Source of the DNA: the human T2T-CHM13v2.0 reference genome, Homo sapiens
DNA: 64,000 bases
Reading direction: 5' to 3' (one strand)
Assembly: GCF_009914755.1 (NCBI RefSeq)
Contig: NC_060928.1
Notes under the pieces: generated by a model
What the model was told of the DNA's origin: nothing
Seen by the model: the letters and a program-made list of their open reading frames with translations, nothing else
Databases searched by the model: none
Shown here: in pieces, positions 1 through 13,537 of the stretch
Position numbering within the stretch: position 1 is the stretch's first letter
Layout: each line of letters opens with the position of its first letter
Made by a program: the position numbers and the translations under genes

Positions 1-830
<830 letters not shown>

Positions 831-889
831 TAAAAAAGACTTTTAGGACCAGGCCTATATTGTATATTTATTCTGCACCCCCATAGTTG

Positions 890-1068
890 TACATCTCAAG
901 CTTTAACGTGCATAAGAATGACCTGACCTATAGAGCTTGTTTAAAATGAGGGGTCCTGGGCCCCCAACCCATGTTTCTGAATCAGTGATTCTGATTCTGA
1001 TCCTGGACCATCTCAGGAGATTCCGATGTAGATGGTATCCAGGCTCTACTTTGGGAAACATGGCCCTA
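890..1068. mobile_element. MER5-like hAT-Charlie DNA transposon remnant
   Basis: CTTGTTTAAAATG...GGGCCCCCAACCC...TTCTGAATCAG...ACTTTGGGAAACATGG resembles recalled MER5A/B. Confidence 0.5.
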
Positions 1069-1767
1069 CTATGTAAAAAAAATGCTGACATAAACTTTCA
1101 AGGACTGGGAAAACACTAGATTGGTGACAGACACGACCCTAGAGAAAGTTGTGTCAAATCACCTGATTTGATATGCAAGGAAACAGAACTGGAAAAGTTT
1201 TCATTACTTCAAGTCATACTGTATCAGTGACACCCAGGACATGGAGTAGACACCCTATAAATACTCGTTGGACGGGATGAATAGAAGATAGATGGTGATG
1301 AATAGCTGGGTCCCAATTTCCTTAATTGCCATTCCAGAGTTCTAGCTGGTGCAACTAATTCACTGTGAATTTAAGGGATAAAAGAGGAAGGAAAGATGTT
1401 AAACTAAATTCATTTGAATACATCATCTCAGTGCTTCTCAAACTTTTTCTATCTGGTTTTAACTTCTGCATTCTAACCTACAAAATATTCAGGTTCGTTA
1501 TAAAACAAAAAGACCTACCCCCATGACTAAAACTAATGCTCCAAGTATGTTATTTTTATTCTGTGTTTTCCAGAACCCTGCCACACCACCAGCTAACCCC
1601 CAGCAGTGAAATCAAGAAATGTGGCAGCAAGGTACCCCCGGGCTATACTAAAAAGGAAAGAGAACTAATATGTAACGAGTACCTATGAATGTCTCAGTCA
1701 CCATGTCACTAGGGTGAACATGGGCTCTGGGGGCAGACTACCTCCATTTAAATCCCGTTTCTGATAC

Positions 1768-2158
1768 TGCTATGAATTGAACATTTTCATCCCCTCCAAA
1801 TTTCATGTTGAAATGTAATCCCCAATGCAACAGTATTGGAGGTGTGGCCTTTGGGAAGTGATTGATTTATGGGGGCTCCACCCTCATGAATGAGATTGGT
1901 GTCCTTATAAAATGGCTTGATGAAGGGAGTTCTCCCCTCTTGTCCTGTCTTCTGCCATGTAAGGATGCAGCAGCATTTTTCCCCTCCAGAGGATATAGCA
2001 TTCAAGGTACCAGCTTGGAAGCAGACAGCAGTCTTCATTAGATGCCAGCCTTGATCTTGTACTTCCCAGCCTCTAGAAATGTAAGAAATAAATGTCTGTT
2101 TTTATAAATTACTCAATCTGTGGTATTCTGTTATAGCAGCACAAAATTGCCTAAGACA
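1768..2158 (+). mobile_element. MST-family (ERVL-MaLR) solo LTR
   Basis: TGCTATG start, CCAAATTTCATGTTGAAATGTAATCCCCAATG, AGAAATAAATGTCTG, ends CTAAGACA. Confidence 0.85.
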
Positions 2159-2251
2159 TAATGTGAAAGAAAAGTGACTTTGCTTCTCTGTACTTCAGTT
2201 TTCTCATCTGCAAAATGGGTTTAATAATAAAGGTACCTACCACATATGGTA

Positions 2252-2838
2252 TATATTAGTTTTGTATTGCTATCATAACAAATTACCACAATTTAGCAGC
2301 TTAGAACAATGCCCATTTATTGTCTCATAGTTCTGTGGATTAGAAGTCTGGTGGGTTCATGTGGGTTCTGTGCCTGGAGTCTCACAAGGCTAAAACCAAC
2401 CAGGCTGGCCTCTTACCTAGAGTTTCTGGGAAGAAGCCACTTCCAAACTCTTTCAGGTTGTTGGGAGAATCTAGCTCCTTGAAGCTGTAAGTCTGAGGTC
2501 CTTGTTTTCTTGCTGACTGTCAGCCAGAAGCCACTCTCTGCTTCTAGAGGCTTCCTGGACTCCTTATGCGGCCTCCTTCATCTTCAAGGAGAAACTGCAT
2601 TGAATCCTTCTCATGCTTCAGATCTGACTTCCTCTTTTGCCAACAGCCAGAGAAAATGTTTACCACTTAAAGGTCTCATATGATTACATTGGGCCCACTT
2701 GGATAATCTTTCTATTCTAAGGTCAGCTCATTAGTCACCTTAGTTACATCTTCAAAGTTGCTTTTGCCATGTACTATAATCACAGAAGTAATTCCAGGGT
2801 GAAGATCATAAGAGCTACGTAGACTCCTGCTTACCGCA
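2252..2838 (-). mobile_element. MLT1 (D/E-like) solo LTR
   Basis: TATTAGTTTTGTATTGCT..AACAAATTACCACAA..AGTTCTGTGGATTAGAAGTC..GGGCCCACTTGGATAATC. Confidence 0.8.
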
Positions 2839-3267
2839 TGATTATTTTGAGGAATAAGTAAAGGTGTGTATTTAAAACATTTAGAACGGTATTTTATTTT
2901 GTGGTACCAATAATAAGAACTCAATAAAGATTAGCTATTTTGTCTACACATGGCATTTCATTTGATTGACACTACAACTCTATTATTTTAAAGGGGAGAA
3001 ACTGAGAATCCAAGACCACACAGAGGGTTAATGGCAGAGCCAGGAATCAAACCTAGAACAGCCATCAATCAAGTCTGTGCTGAGCACTAGGAGATAGGGC
3101 AAAGGACGGATAATGTTCATTTGAGAAAGAGGGACTTGAGAAGGGGTGTGCAATAATGAGGAGCATGGGGAATATTTACAGGTAGTCACTTGCCGTATAT
3201 GAATAATCTATGGTTTAGGCACAAGGGAAACTGTACTAAATACTAATTGAATTTTTTTAAGTCTTTA

Positions 3268-3319
3268 GGCTGACTCTGGGCACGCTGCCTAGGAGTTAGC
3301 CCTGCTCTGCAAGGAGCAG
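3268..3319 (+). other. 52-nt two-hairpin fragment resembling the R region of LTR10 (HERV-I) LTRs
   Basis: GGCTGACTCTGGGCACGCTGCCTAGGAGTTAGCC-CTGCTCTGCAAGGAGCAG. The hairpins are seen directly; the family assignment is from memory. Confidence 0.5.
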
Positions 3320-3889
3320 CTATTAAATATGTATGTATGAAATATATATATTTAACTGAACCTGGTGATTTTTACTGAGCAGATGCATTTTCTTGTGGTG
3401 ACAGTCATCTTAAGAGGCTATACATTACTTGCAATCTAGACTCATTCCTTTGATGGTTTCTTTCTCCCCATGCCCTCTCCTCTGTGATGTCTTGCATCTT
3501 GTAGAGGAAATAAACATGTCTGAAAGCAGCAACCCACTGAACAGCAAGAGCATTGCCCAGACTTTCTCCAGGGCATGCCCAGGCCTGAATCACTACCATG
3601 TCTATTTCTTCCTGTCATTGGTAGAGCAAGGACAGAGACCCAGGACAAAAAAGAAAAGAAAGGAAAGCAAACCAAAAAATAATCTTATCATCTATGGTCT
3701 TTCCCCACTTAGGACTGTGACTGCAGTATCATTTACTGGAAGCGTTGTTCATACTTTTTTACCCAGTATTTCCATTTGTAGAATTTATCCTAAGAAAATA
3801 ATCAGAGAATCGCTCAAACATTTTTGCATTTACAATTGTGTCTTGTCTGTAAGGGCAAGTGAGTGTCTTTTCTACTGACACAGTAACCA

Positions 3890-4050
3890 CCATGGTTCAA
3901 AGGCTAGGACTGAACTCAGGCTGCCTGGGCTTGAATTCTGGCTCTGCCAATTGCCAGTTGAGTGATCTTGGGCAAGTCACTTCAATTCTCTAAGCTTCCA
4001 TTTCCTCATCTGGAAAACAAGGATAATAATACCTCATAAGAACTTAATTA
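3890..4050 (+). mobile_element. MIR
   Basis: Core GTGATCTTGGGCAAGTCACTTCAATTCTCTAAGCTTCCATTTCCTCATCTG. Confidence 0.8.
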
Positions 4051-4269
4051 GGTAATATTATTATACTCACTTATTAGAATGATTCATATAATTATTATAT
4101 GAATACTAATAGAGGACCTGGTCCATACTACATAATAGTAATACGTTAACTCTGACTAGGGTGATGATTAATGATATATCCTCAGCTCATGGCCCAAAGC
4201 CTGGCACACAATACTCAATAAAAATTGTTTAAATACATGGACAAACAGATGGACAAACAAATGAACAGG

Positions 4270-4640
4270 GATACTTGTTACAGCATGATAAAGCTAAAAT
4301 TTGTAAACCATAAAAACAACAGGAGAGTGGCTTAATATACCATGGTACATATAATCAAAACCTAGTATGTTTTAAAAGAATAATTAATGACCTAGAAAAT
4401 GCCTGTAGGTAATGTTAGTAGGGGGCAGCATACAGTATATGTAGCATATTCTAAATTTATAAAATACTTACATGGTACGCATACATTAGGACCAAAATGG
4501 AAGGAAATACACCAAAAGGCAATAATAGTTCTCTGTAAGTGATGAAATTATGGATTATTTTTATTTTCTTCTTTATATATTCCTTAATTTTCTAGATTCT
4601 CTGCAGTAAACGTGAGTGTAATACCAATTTAAATACTTTT
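4270..4640 (+). mobile_element. Old L1M (L1ME-like) 3' fragment
   Basis: GGAAGGAAATACACCAAAA..AATAGTT..GTGATGAAATTATGG..TTTTATTTTCTTCTTTAT is typical of an L1ME 3' end. Confidence 0.5.
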
Positions 4641-6019
4641 TACAATTCCATAATTAAGAACTTAGACTTTTTTTAGTCATCATGTTAATCTTAATTGATT
4701 TAAGATCTTATCACTTTAATAAAACATTTAGGATGGACCAATTAACACAACTAAATCTACTGCACTGACACTCTCTTGAAGAAATCTCTGGTGCTTGTGA
4801 AAAGGTTCTACAAAACATCATCCAAAATTTGATTTTAAAGACACTCACCATTGCTGCTAAGAGCCAATAGTTATCAACAATAGCCTTAATAACTAGAAAT
4901 GGGAAAGTCTTAAGAGGCAAGTGAAATCTATGTTTAAAACATACTTATTTTCTCATCTCATTTAGTTTACAAGAGAATGTAGAAGTTGAAGAATCAACCT
5001 TTGGAAATTGTCATTTGCCCAGAATGATTAATTCTGGGTAATTTATGCCTGCCAAGTAATAAAGAACACTGCTTTCATTTACCCGGCTTCCTTTGTGGGT
5101 CTTAGAGGGAGATCCCATGTTAGTTATTGTAAACTCAGTACTTCAGTATGGTCAGGAAATAGAGCAGTCTGATTAACCAACTATTCTGACTAATTATCAT
5201 CTCTGCAACATATGAATTACCACTTTCCAAAAAATTAGGCTGTCATAAATTGCAATTAACATTGAAGGTCTACCAAAGGTAGATGATTCAGAAGGCACCT
5301 CAGTGTCTCTCAGGGTGTCAGGTTCACCACTATAAAAATCATGTATCCCAGTAGGATGGATGAGGAAAGATGTTGGTTAATAGGAATTTTCAGTTGAGAG
5401 AAATGCAAGCAAGCCAGGTTTTACTATGTTTACAAGGTTGAATGAATGTCTGTTGAGCTCTTTAAGCACCTCCTGAGAAAGGCACTCTATTTGTGTGAGA
5501 TGTTATAATTATTATTCCACAGAAATACAATGGTAACATTCTATTTTACAACAAAGAAAATTAGATTACAAGTTATCCTACAATTCTCCCTCCTCCCAGC
5601 TAAGATCACACACCGTATAGAGTTACAATGGTGCCAATTACAACAGCTTTTCATGCATTGTATGTTGCTCTGGTTTTTGATGATCTGAATGGATTTCATA
5701 CCTAATAGCAGCTACTGACAGCAATCAAAACAATTTGGGGGAAAACAGTTTTGTCTTCTGTGTTCAAGTAATGCTATTGATTTAAATTTAATGTTTGCTT
5801 CATTTCTTTCTTGGTACAGTAAGCAAGCATGTGGTGTCTGTCTGGGCCCCCATTCTGCCTAAGAATGTGGGTGGCAAAGCCTATGTATACCAGGCCTTTT
5901 CTATCACTAGTTGCTAGAAGCCAATATCCATTAAAAAGAGAGTGTTTTTAAGATCATTTCATCCAATGCCCACTACATACACATTCATTCATTCTCACTC
6001 TCTCTCTCTCTCTCTGTCT

Positions 6020-6175
6020 CATATCCCAGTTTACAGTTGAAGAATCAGAGGCACAGAGAAGTTAAGTTTTTTGACCAAGTTTACACAGCTACTATATTGG
6101 TCGAGCTGGGGCCAGATTCTAAATCTCCTGATAGATAGCACATGCTCTTTCCATTGAGTCATTGCCCCAGCACCA
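6020..6175 (-). mobile_element. MIR, preceded by a (TC)n microsatellite at ~5993-6020
   Basis: TTTACAGTTGAAGAATCAGAGGCACAGAGAAGTTAAG..CCAAGTTTACACAGCTA. Confidence 0.7.
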
Positions 6176-7879
6176 TGCTGGACTGAGACTTTGACTGAAA
6201 AATGAACTTTTCTCTGAACAAGGTGAAAAAAAAAGAGAAAAGAAGGAAGGGAAAGACCAATGAAGGAAGGGAAAAGAACTCAGCATCATGGATTCAGGGT
6301 ACCACTCCCACATCACAGCCAAGCTTACTCCTTTTATATAACAATTTGAGGTCCTGGCACAGTAAGCCACCTAAGTTTCCTTAGTTGAAACACTATAATA
6401 GGACTCCCTGGGAGAATCTTTGCAGTATATCTTGAAACTGATGACCAGAGCTTCTTTAATGAGCAAACAGATAGACCTAACCTTTCCACCCCTGCTCTGG
6501 CTGTCCTGGATGGGAAGGAGACATTCTCTAATATGGAAAAGATCCAAGATGCAGGTCAGTCTAATCAGCTAATGGTCAGCACCAAAGGAGGTTAGGCTGT
6601 TTAAGGAGTTAAGTCATTCAGTGTGATGCCAGTTCCCTCCTAATCCAGCCCTGGAGGAAACTTGTATTATGACTCACAGGAGAGGCACAGCCTGGAGAAA
6701 ATGAGCCCAAAGAAACTGAAGAACACTGAAAACTTACAATATTACTGATGTGATAATAGACTAAGAGAATAAGGCACCCGTCTCGTCAGTTTGGGACTTG
6801 ATGTAAGAGTCATTGTGCTGTGGCAAAGGGCCTGGTTCACCACAGTGATGGTGGGAGTGCCTGGGCCAACACTAGTGACAATGAGGAGACTGGTACTATG
6901 TGACAACAACAAAACCCACAGTGGCATCAAGGCTATGCCACCCCCTTAGGAACCACAGCTCAAGAGTGGAGAGCCAATGTTCACTTGGGCAGGAAGTAAA
7001 GCATCAATCTGGAGCCCTTGGAGCCAAATGCACCAACAGGCAGCAGTGAGTAGGATCATAGCTAGATAGCAGGTAAGGAAGCATCAGAGCCAGGACTCTG
7101 CACTTCCAAGTGAGCAATGGTGGCTGCAGAGATCAAAGAGCATAAAGGTCACAGGCAATGGAGCAGAGAGAGGGAGCCAGCTTCTGTAAAGCAGAGCCGC
7201 AGCAGGTATAGTGCTGAACAGTGAGCTAGCCTGGGTCCTCTATGGGAAACCTAAAGATCAAAAAAATCACCCAGAAGGGACGTGAGGCAAATACCAATTT
7301 TATTTGCATTTCATTGCTTCCACCCCTTCTTGGACTGGCCCACCATCCTAACAGTCCACATGAGAGGAAACTGGGACAAGTAAATGCACAGGCTCTTGGC
7401 TCTGGCCAGATCAGATCCACCCCATCCCCTAAACTTTGGCTCAGTCTCAGTTCTCCCTATCTGCAGAGGTCCAGATCTGCTCTGTGTTTGATACTCGGTG
7501 AGATTAAAGAATTCTAGACAAGGTCACCCCTTTGTCACCATTGATAGAGGGCTCTATCAGTCTCACAACAAATATAGGTCAGAAATGACTGGAGTCAGAC
7601 CAAATCTAAACACCTGAGGGTGTTGGGGAGTGAGCAAGGATAATCCTGCACCAGCCTGAAAAGGAGAGACAGTTCCCACCCAACCACATACCTCCAGGAG
7701 TTCTATAGCAGCCACATATTTAAACCAAAGCTTTTTCTTTTATACTATTTCTGTTTTCTCGTTCTTCAGCACCTCTCAATTCTCCATGGGCAGAGGTGTG
7801 TTTCAGTCATCTTCCAGAGCCAAACAGAACAAGTCATGATCTGGAATCAACAGGTCCATTTTTCCCCATGCTTCATTTC

Positions 7880-8120
7880 TGTAGCATTATAATAACAGTA
7901 ACAATAGCCAGCATGCTACTACGTGGGAGGCACTGTGCTAAGCCCTCTACATATACTATTATGCAATTATTACAATTGATCATGTCATCAACTCCTTTGG
8001 GTGATACCTTCATAATCCCTACTTTACAACTGAGGAAAATACAGCATGACATGCTGATTACCTTCCCAGGGTCACAGAGCTAGGAAGACATGGAGCCTGA
8101 ATAGGCATCCAGGCAGTCCT
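7880..8120 (-). mobile_element. MIR
   Basis: GGCACTGTGCTAAGC..ATCCCTACTTTACAACTGAGGAAA..CCCAGGGTCACAGAGCTAG. Confidence 0.7.
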
Positions 8121-9369
8121 CCATACCCACATCCTCACCTGGCATCCCATCATCCTTAGACTAGAAGAGCAGCAAGGGATCAGGCTCTCTCAGCCTCACC
8201 ATAGGGTGAGAGGGAAATATGGAATGAGTTTAAAGAGGAAGCAGTTTTAATTATGCACTGTCTAATGCAAAACCATGCCAATTTTGCTGACAGAATAAAA
8301 ATAAGCAGACCTGAAGAATTTTGATCCCTATGCCCTTAAGCCTTCACAAGAAAGTATTCCAAGTTTACTTCACTGTTGTCACGCCTGCCCACACCTGCTT
8401 GCTGAATAATGCTAGGAGAATAGCAGTGGTATCCCCACCCAACTTTCATGTAAATTAAAGAGTTTTCCAAATTCTGCTACCAAATTTTTCTAACCTAAGT
8501 GAGATTTTAAGATAAAAACTCCATTTGACTGACTCAGCTTATATTCCTCTCTTTAAGAGCTCAAGATCCCTCATGTCAATTACCTTTTAAAAAATGAGAA
8601 AGGGATTTTAGTTCAAAGACCCAATACCCAAATAACTCTGGTCGTACAATGAGCTACAGCTACTAGAATAGGCCCATCAACAGTCACAACATTTCTCTCG
8701 AAGGAGGAAGAAAAGCCAAAGTTTCATCCCTCAGGAAAACAGCACTCAGATTTAGCCTGGGAATAATTTTCAGGTATCCATGGTCTAATCTGCACCCACT
8801 GGGAAAAACCTGTCATTTAATTCCAATCATCTCATAGGCTCCATCACAAGATTTTATAGATGTTTATTTAAGGGATACACTCTGTGGGGGCTAGATGGAG
8901 ATTAGGAAAGGGGAAACCATTAATTTAAATATGCCAGGGGCATCAGAAAACAAAATGAGAGTAAATATAATTGCAGAAAGGCTGACCCTAGTAACCTATT
9001 CCAAAAGACAAAGAAAACACAAATGATCTAAATTAAAAGGCTTTGAAAAAAAATGAAAAGAAAGGGAAAAAAATAAGCTCTTTGTGTTTGATTCTGGAAA
9101 CATACATTATGCTCACACTGTGAGCTGGCGGGCAGATGGTCGAAGCTCATACAAGGAATATTAAATCTATTTGGAACCCTCTTGCCCTCCTGATACAACA
9201 CTGCAGATGCCTAGAGGGCAAGACAATGAGCACACAAATGCCTACAAATCACTCAGACTCTGTCACTGACTGGGAAATCCTCCCCACATCCCAGAGCACA
9301 GGGAGCTTGAGTGGTTTGCCCCATCCCTCACAGCAGATCAAATAGAGGGTCAGAAGGGAAGGCCAAGCC

Positions 9370-9371
<2 letters not shown>

Positions 9372-9405
<34 letters not shown>

Positions 9406-9408
9406 ACA
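9372..9408. repeat. (CA)n microsatellite
   Basis: Direct reading. Confidence 0.95.
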
Positions 9409-10117
9409 GCATCTCTTTATATTCAGGCTGGTTTCTGCTGTTATAGCAAGATATGAAATGAAATGGCGCAGGAAAAGCACCCAGTGTAGAGCTTGTTTGT
9501 GGGGTTCCATGTGTTTTTGCAATCTCTTCAAAGGAATAAAAATAGATAATTAGATTTCAAAGGCCAGGAGAAATAAAGAGTCAACAAACTTTCACCCTGC
9601 CCAGTTGCTCTTCACTTTGTATATTTTCCAGTGGGCAACACAGTGAAGTTTGCACACATGGCACTGATTCTGCCTGGTAAGATCAGGGCATGAGACAGAA
9701 GACAATTATTCCAAAATAACAGAAAAGACCATCTCACCCTGTCTAACCTGAGCATATAAATGTCAGTGGCTTATAAATATTTGGAAAGCAAGATGCTTTA
9801 AAGCCTGACTACTGAAAGTCCAGTTCACAAACCACAAGCTCCCCAGGTGATTTGTCTGCTCATGAAAGCACTGCTCAAGGGCAATAATCTTCAAAGTGTG
9901 GTATGTGATCTATTACCATATGGAAAGATATTGTTCAGCTTCTATTTATTTTTATTTATTTTTTATTATTATCTTCAAGAAGAAATTCAGCTTCTCTGCA
10001 ATTTGACATTTAGCTTGACAGTGGTGCTTGTATAAACGTATAAATAAATATACATATGCTCGAAGTACAAACTCAAATTTTTTTAACTAATGGAATTTTC
10101 CATTAAAAATTGGGATG

Positions 10118-10415
10118 GGCCAGGCATGGTGGCTCAGACCTGTAATCCCAGCACTTTGAGAGGCTGAGGCGGGCAGATCATGAGGTCAGGAGTTTGAGAC
10201 TGGCCTGGCCAATATGGTGAAATCCCATCTTTACTAAAAATACAAAAAGTTAGCCAGGCGTGGTGGCGCACACCTGCAGTCCCAGCTACTCGGGAGGCTG
10301 AGACAAGAGAATTGCTTGAAACTGGGAGACAGAGGTTGCAGTGAGCCAAGATCCATGCCACTGTACTCCAGCCTGGGCAACGGAGTGAGACTCCATCTCA
10401 CACACACACACACAC
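10118..10415 (+). mobile_element. AluS with tail converted to (CA)n
   Basis: Full dimer; 13-bp TSD AAAAATTGGGATG at 10105-10117 and 10416-10428. Confidence 0.95.
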
Positions 10416-11129
10416 AAAAATTGGGATGATACATCTCCTGGCTAAGTGCTGATCTAATAAGGCCATCAACTCTCTGTCCAGGAAGCTTCTACTATCACAC
10501 ATTGACTAGATGTCCCTGCCTCTTCTAGTTTCCTTATAAATTTGTACAATGGTACACAGCAAGGTCCCTCTCCTGGAGCACTTCCCACAATATGTCCAGA
10601 TGTGCCTAGCCCAGCTTGCATCTCAGCTAGTCGGCCAGAGGACAGAGCACAAGAACACATGCACCATGATGACCCTTTTGCCTGTGCTTTTCCAGTAAAC
10701 CTTACTTTATACTCATGCCATGTGATACTAGTGTGTTCGGGTCCTTTGCAAGACCCACATATAAACAGACAATCATCCTCATAATTGACTCATGTCATTT
10801 GGAGCACGTACCATGAAGGAAAGCACAGGAGGATCATGGAAAGTCATTCATAGTCTGGAGGGTGAGAAGAAGAGTCTATGAGGAAGTGACATTCAAGTGG
10901 GGACCTAAAGGATGACCATGACAGGAACATTCAGGCAACAAGTGAAAATGCCTATGTTGAGGAAGGAATGGGGAACAGAGGAGCTTCTGAGTCATGGCTG
11001 GTGTAGTTGATGCTGGTGAGCAAGAGAAAGGATAGCAGGAGGGAAGCTCAAGGGGAAAACAGGGTTCATATATTTGGGCTTATGTTAAGCATTTTGCACA
11101 CATTATGTAAGACTCTTGAGGCTAAGGTG

Positions 11130-11690
11130 GTGTCCTAGTTTGAGTTCATCCAAAAATAGACTATGAGACAAGGACAGAGTGCGAATACTTTACTTGGTAA
11201 GTAATCCAGGAAGCATGGTGAGTGTTGAAGAAGTAAGACAAGGAAGGAAGGTGAGCCAATAAGAGGGTCATTGATGAGTGCTGTGGGCAACTGGGTTCAG
11301 TCTGGAAGATTACATGAAACATGCCTCAGAATGTTCCCACTGGGAATCAGGGAAGCTGGATACATAGCCACCAACTCTCACTCTTCATTGTTTGAGAAAT
11401 GTTTCTGCAGTGTTAATTCCCACCACGTATATCTGAAGGGGAGGGGCCTATAGCCAAAGAACATCCTCATCATATGCAGGTAGCCACCCCATGTACAAGT
11501 AGGGTGAACAACCCATCTCTGTTTGCCCAGGAATTTCATGATTTTAGTACGGAAAGTGCTGCATCCTGAGAACTCATAAGTCCCAGGCATTGATTCTTCT
11601 GGGATGATTGTTCACTCTATTGTAGGAACTAACTACAGGCGACCTCTGATGTAGGTCAAGAGGATATGAATGGGGCATTTTCAGCAACTG
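11130..11690 (-). mobile_element. LTR16-family (ERVL) LTR interrupted by MER94
   Basis: TGTCCTAGTTTGAGTTC..AGACTATGAGACAAGGA..AGCCAATAAGAGGG. Confidence 0.65.
11500..11618. mobile_element. MER94-like (hAT-Blackjack) MITE
   Basis: Terminal inverted repeats TAGGGTGAACAA / TTGTTCACTCTA; internal GTTTGCCCAGGA..TTTTAGTACGGAAAGT. Confidence 0.7.
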
Positions 11691-11867
11691 CAAAATGGCA
11701 TCAAAGATTCCACAATTATACCCTGTCTGGATCCTGAAATATCAATGACATTTTGTTACCAGAGAGATAAAATCAATAATATAACTTATCAATGTACAAG
11801 AAGATTATAAAACGGGACATTGAAATTTCCAGAATGCAATATATGCTATTGCTTGTAATAGCATGTC

Positions 11868-12319
11868 TGTATTCGTTTCCTATTGCTGCTGTTACAAATT
11901 TCTACAAACTTAAAACACTACAGATTTGTGATGAGATAGCTCCAGAGGTCAGAAGTAAATCTAAAATGGGTCAGCAGGGCTGTGTTCTTTATGTAGATTC
12001 TAAGGGAGAGAGAATTCCTTTCCTTGCCATTTCTGGCTTCTAGACGCCTGCATTCCTTTGCTTGTGGACCCACATTGCTTCAAATTCTGCTTCAATAATC
12101 GTATCTTCTCTGACTCTGACCTTCCTTCTTCCTTCTTATAAAGACCCTTGTGAATACATGAGCCAACTAGAATAATCCAGGATAAGCTCACTATCTGAAG
12201 ATCCTTAATTTAATCACATCTGCAAAGTCCCTTTTGACATGTAAGGTGACATATTTACAGGTTTCAGGGATTAGGACATGAATATCTTGGGGGAAGGCAT
12301 CATTTTTCTGTCTACCATG
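11868..12319 (-). mobile_element. MLT1C-like solo LTR
   Basis: TGTATTCGTTTCCTATTGCTGCTG..CACATCTGCAAAGTCCCTTTTG..CAGGGATTAGGACATG; 5-bp TSD ATGTC/ATGTT. Confidence 0.85.
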
Positions 12320-13254
12320 ATGTTCTTGATTCTAAGACACATTTAATTGTGTATCAGTTGAGGGGTGGGAACCACTACCACATTAAATGTGTGTTTTTAA
12401 TATGTACCCTGATTTTAGAAATGTTGAAATGTGGGAAACTGCACGTTGGGGAATAGATGATCCATGATAATGCAACAAGCAGAGGAGAGCTGCATGCTTT
12501 AGAGGCTCAGGTTCTACGTTCTGAGCCTAAGGTGGAACATGAATACACTCATCCAATTTATGGTTTTTCAGTCTCTATAAGGTACCAGTACCTGGGGGTA
12601 TAACAGTAAGAGACACAGTGCCTGTCCTCACGGAGCTTCCTTCCTGGTGGCAGAGGCAGACAACGTGCAGTTACATGGGAGGGATGAGCACTATGAAGGA
12701 GAATGGAGCAGCGTCAGGAGGCTGAGGGTGTCACGGGCAGGGTGGGGAGGAGCTGATGTAGACAGAGCAGGTCAAGGAAAGCAGGTAAGGAGGTAACGTC
12801 TAAGCAGAGTCCTAAAGGAAAGCCTAGGAACAGGAGTTTAGACCAAGGGAAGACTGTGCACATTGACTATAAGGCGGAAAGCAGCTTGACGCTGGGACAT
12901 TCATCAGCTCCACAGGAAAGAGACTTTCCAACCACCACTGTCCCCACGCTGAAGTAGAATGTTCCTCCGGGAACATTAAAATGTAAAACTTTATAAAGAA
13001 CACATTTTTCTTCTCTTTTTCTTAAGATTGAGTGAGCGATGTGGAGGGACAAGAAGGTGAACAAATTTGGATGTGAGAAAATTATTTGCTATAAAAATAA
13101 TAGTAGAAACTACCATATTGTTTCTAATTTAAACTTAAGTGCCTACCCAAGATTTGCACCAAGGTAGGCCCAAAGGAGACATAATGCTCTCAACTTCCTG
13201 CTTCTATTCCCTTTAAAATTGACTTAGTTATTTTTAAAGTTTAATTGGGCAATT

Positions 13255-13537
13255 TTTTATTTTTTATTTCTGTTGGTACATAGTATTTGTATATATTTAT
13301 GGGGTACATGAGATGTTCTGACACAGGCATGCAATGTATAATAATCACATCATGGAGAATGGGGTATCCATCCCCTCAAGCACTTATCCTCAGTTTTACA
13401 AACAATTAAATTACACTCTTTTAGTTATTTAAAACTGTACAATTAAGTTTTTATTGACTATAGTCACCCTGTTGTGCTATCAAATAGTAGGTCTTATTCT
13501 TTCTAAATGTATTTTTGTACCCACTAACCATACCCAC
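13255..13537 (-). mobile_element. L1MA1/2-like 3' end
   Basis: GGTACATAG..TTTATGGGGTACATGAGAT..AATCACATCATGGAGAATGGGGTATCC; degenerate TSD TGGGCAATTTTTT / TGGCCAATTGTTT. Confidence 0.85.

Larger units (their letters stand above)
1715..2940 (+). mobile_element. MIR split into three pieces (~1715-1767, ~2165-2250, ~2839-2940) by two LTR insertions
   Basis: The pieces read in MIR order: GGCTCTGG..CAGAC..TTTAAATCCC; CTCTGTACTTCAGTTTTCTCATCTGCAAAATGGG..ACCTACC; GATTATTTTGAGGAATAAGT..TCAATAAA. Confidence 0.7.

Noticed and set aside
3429-3878. 149-aa ORF
   Set aside because: TTG start, runs through low-complexity A-rich and old L1-like sequence; no domain.
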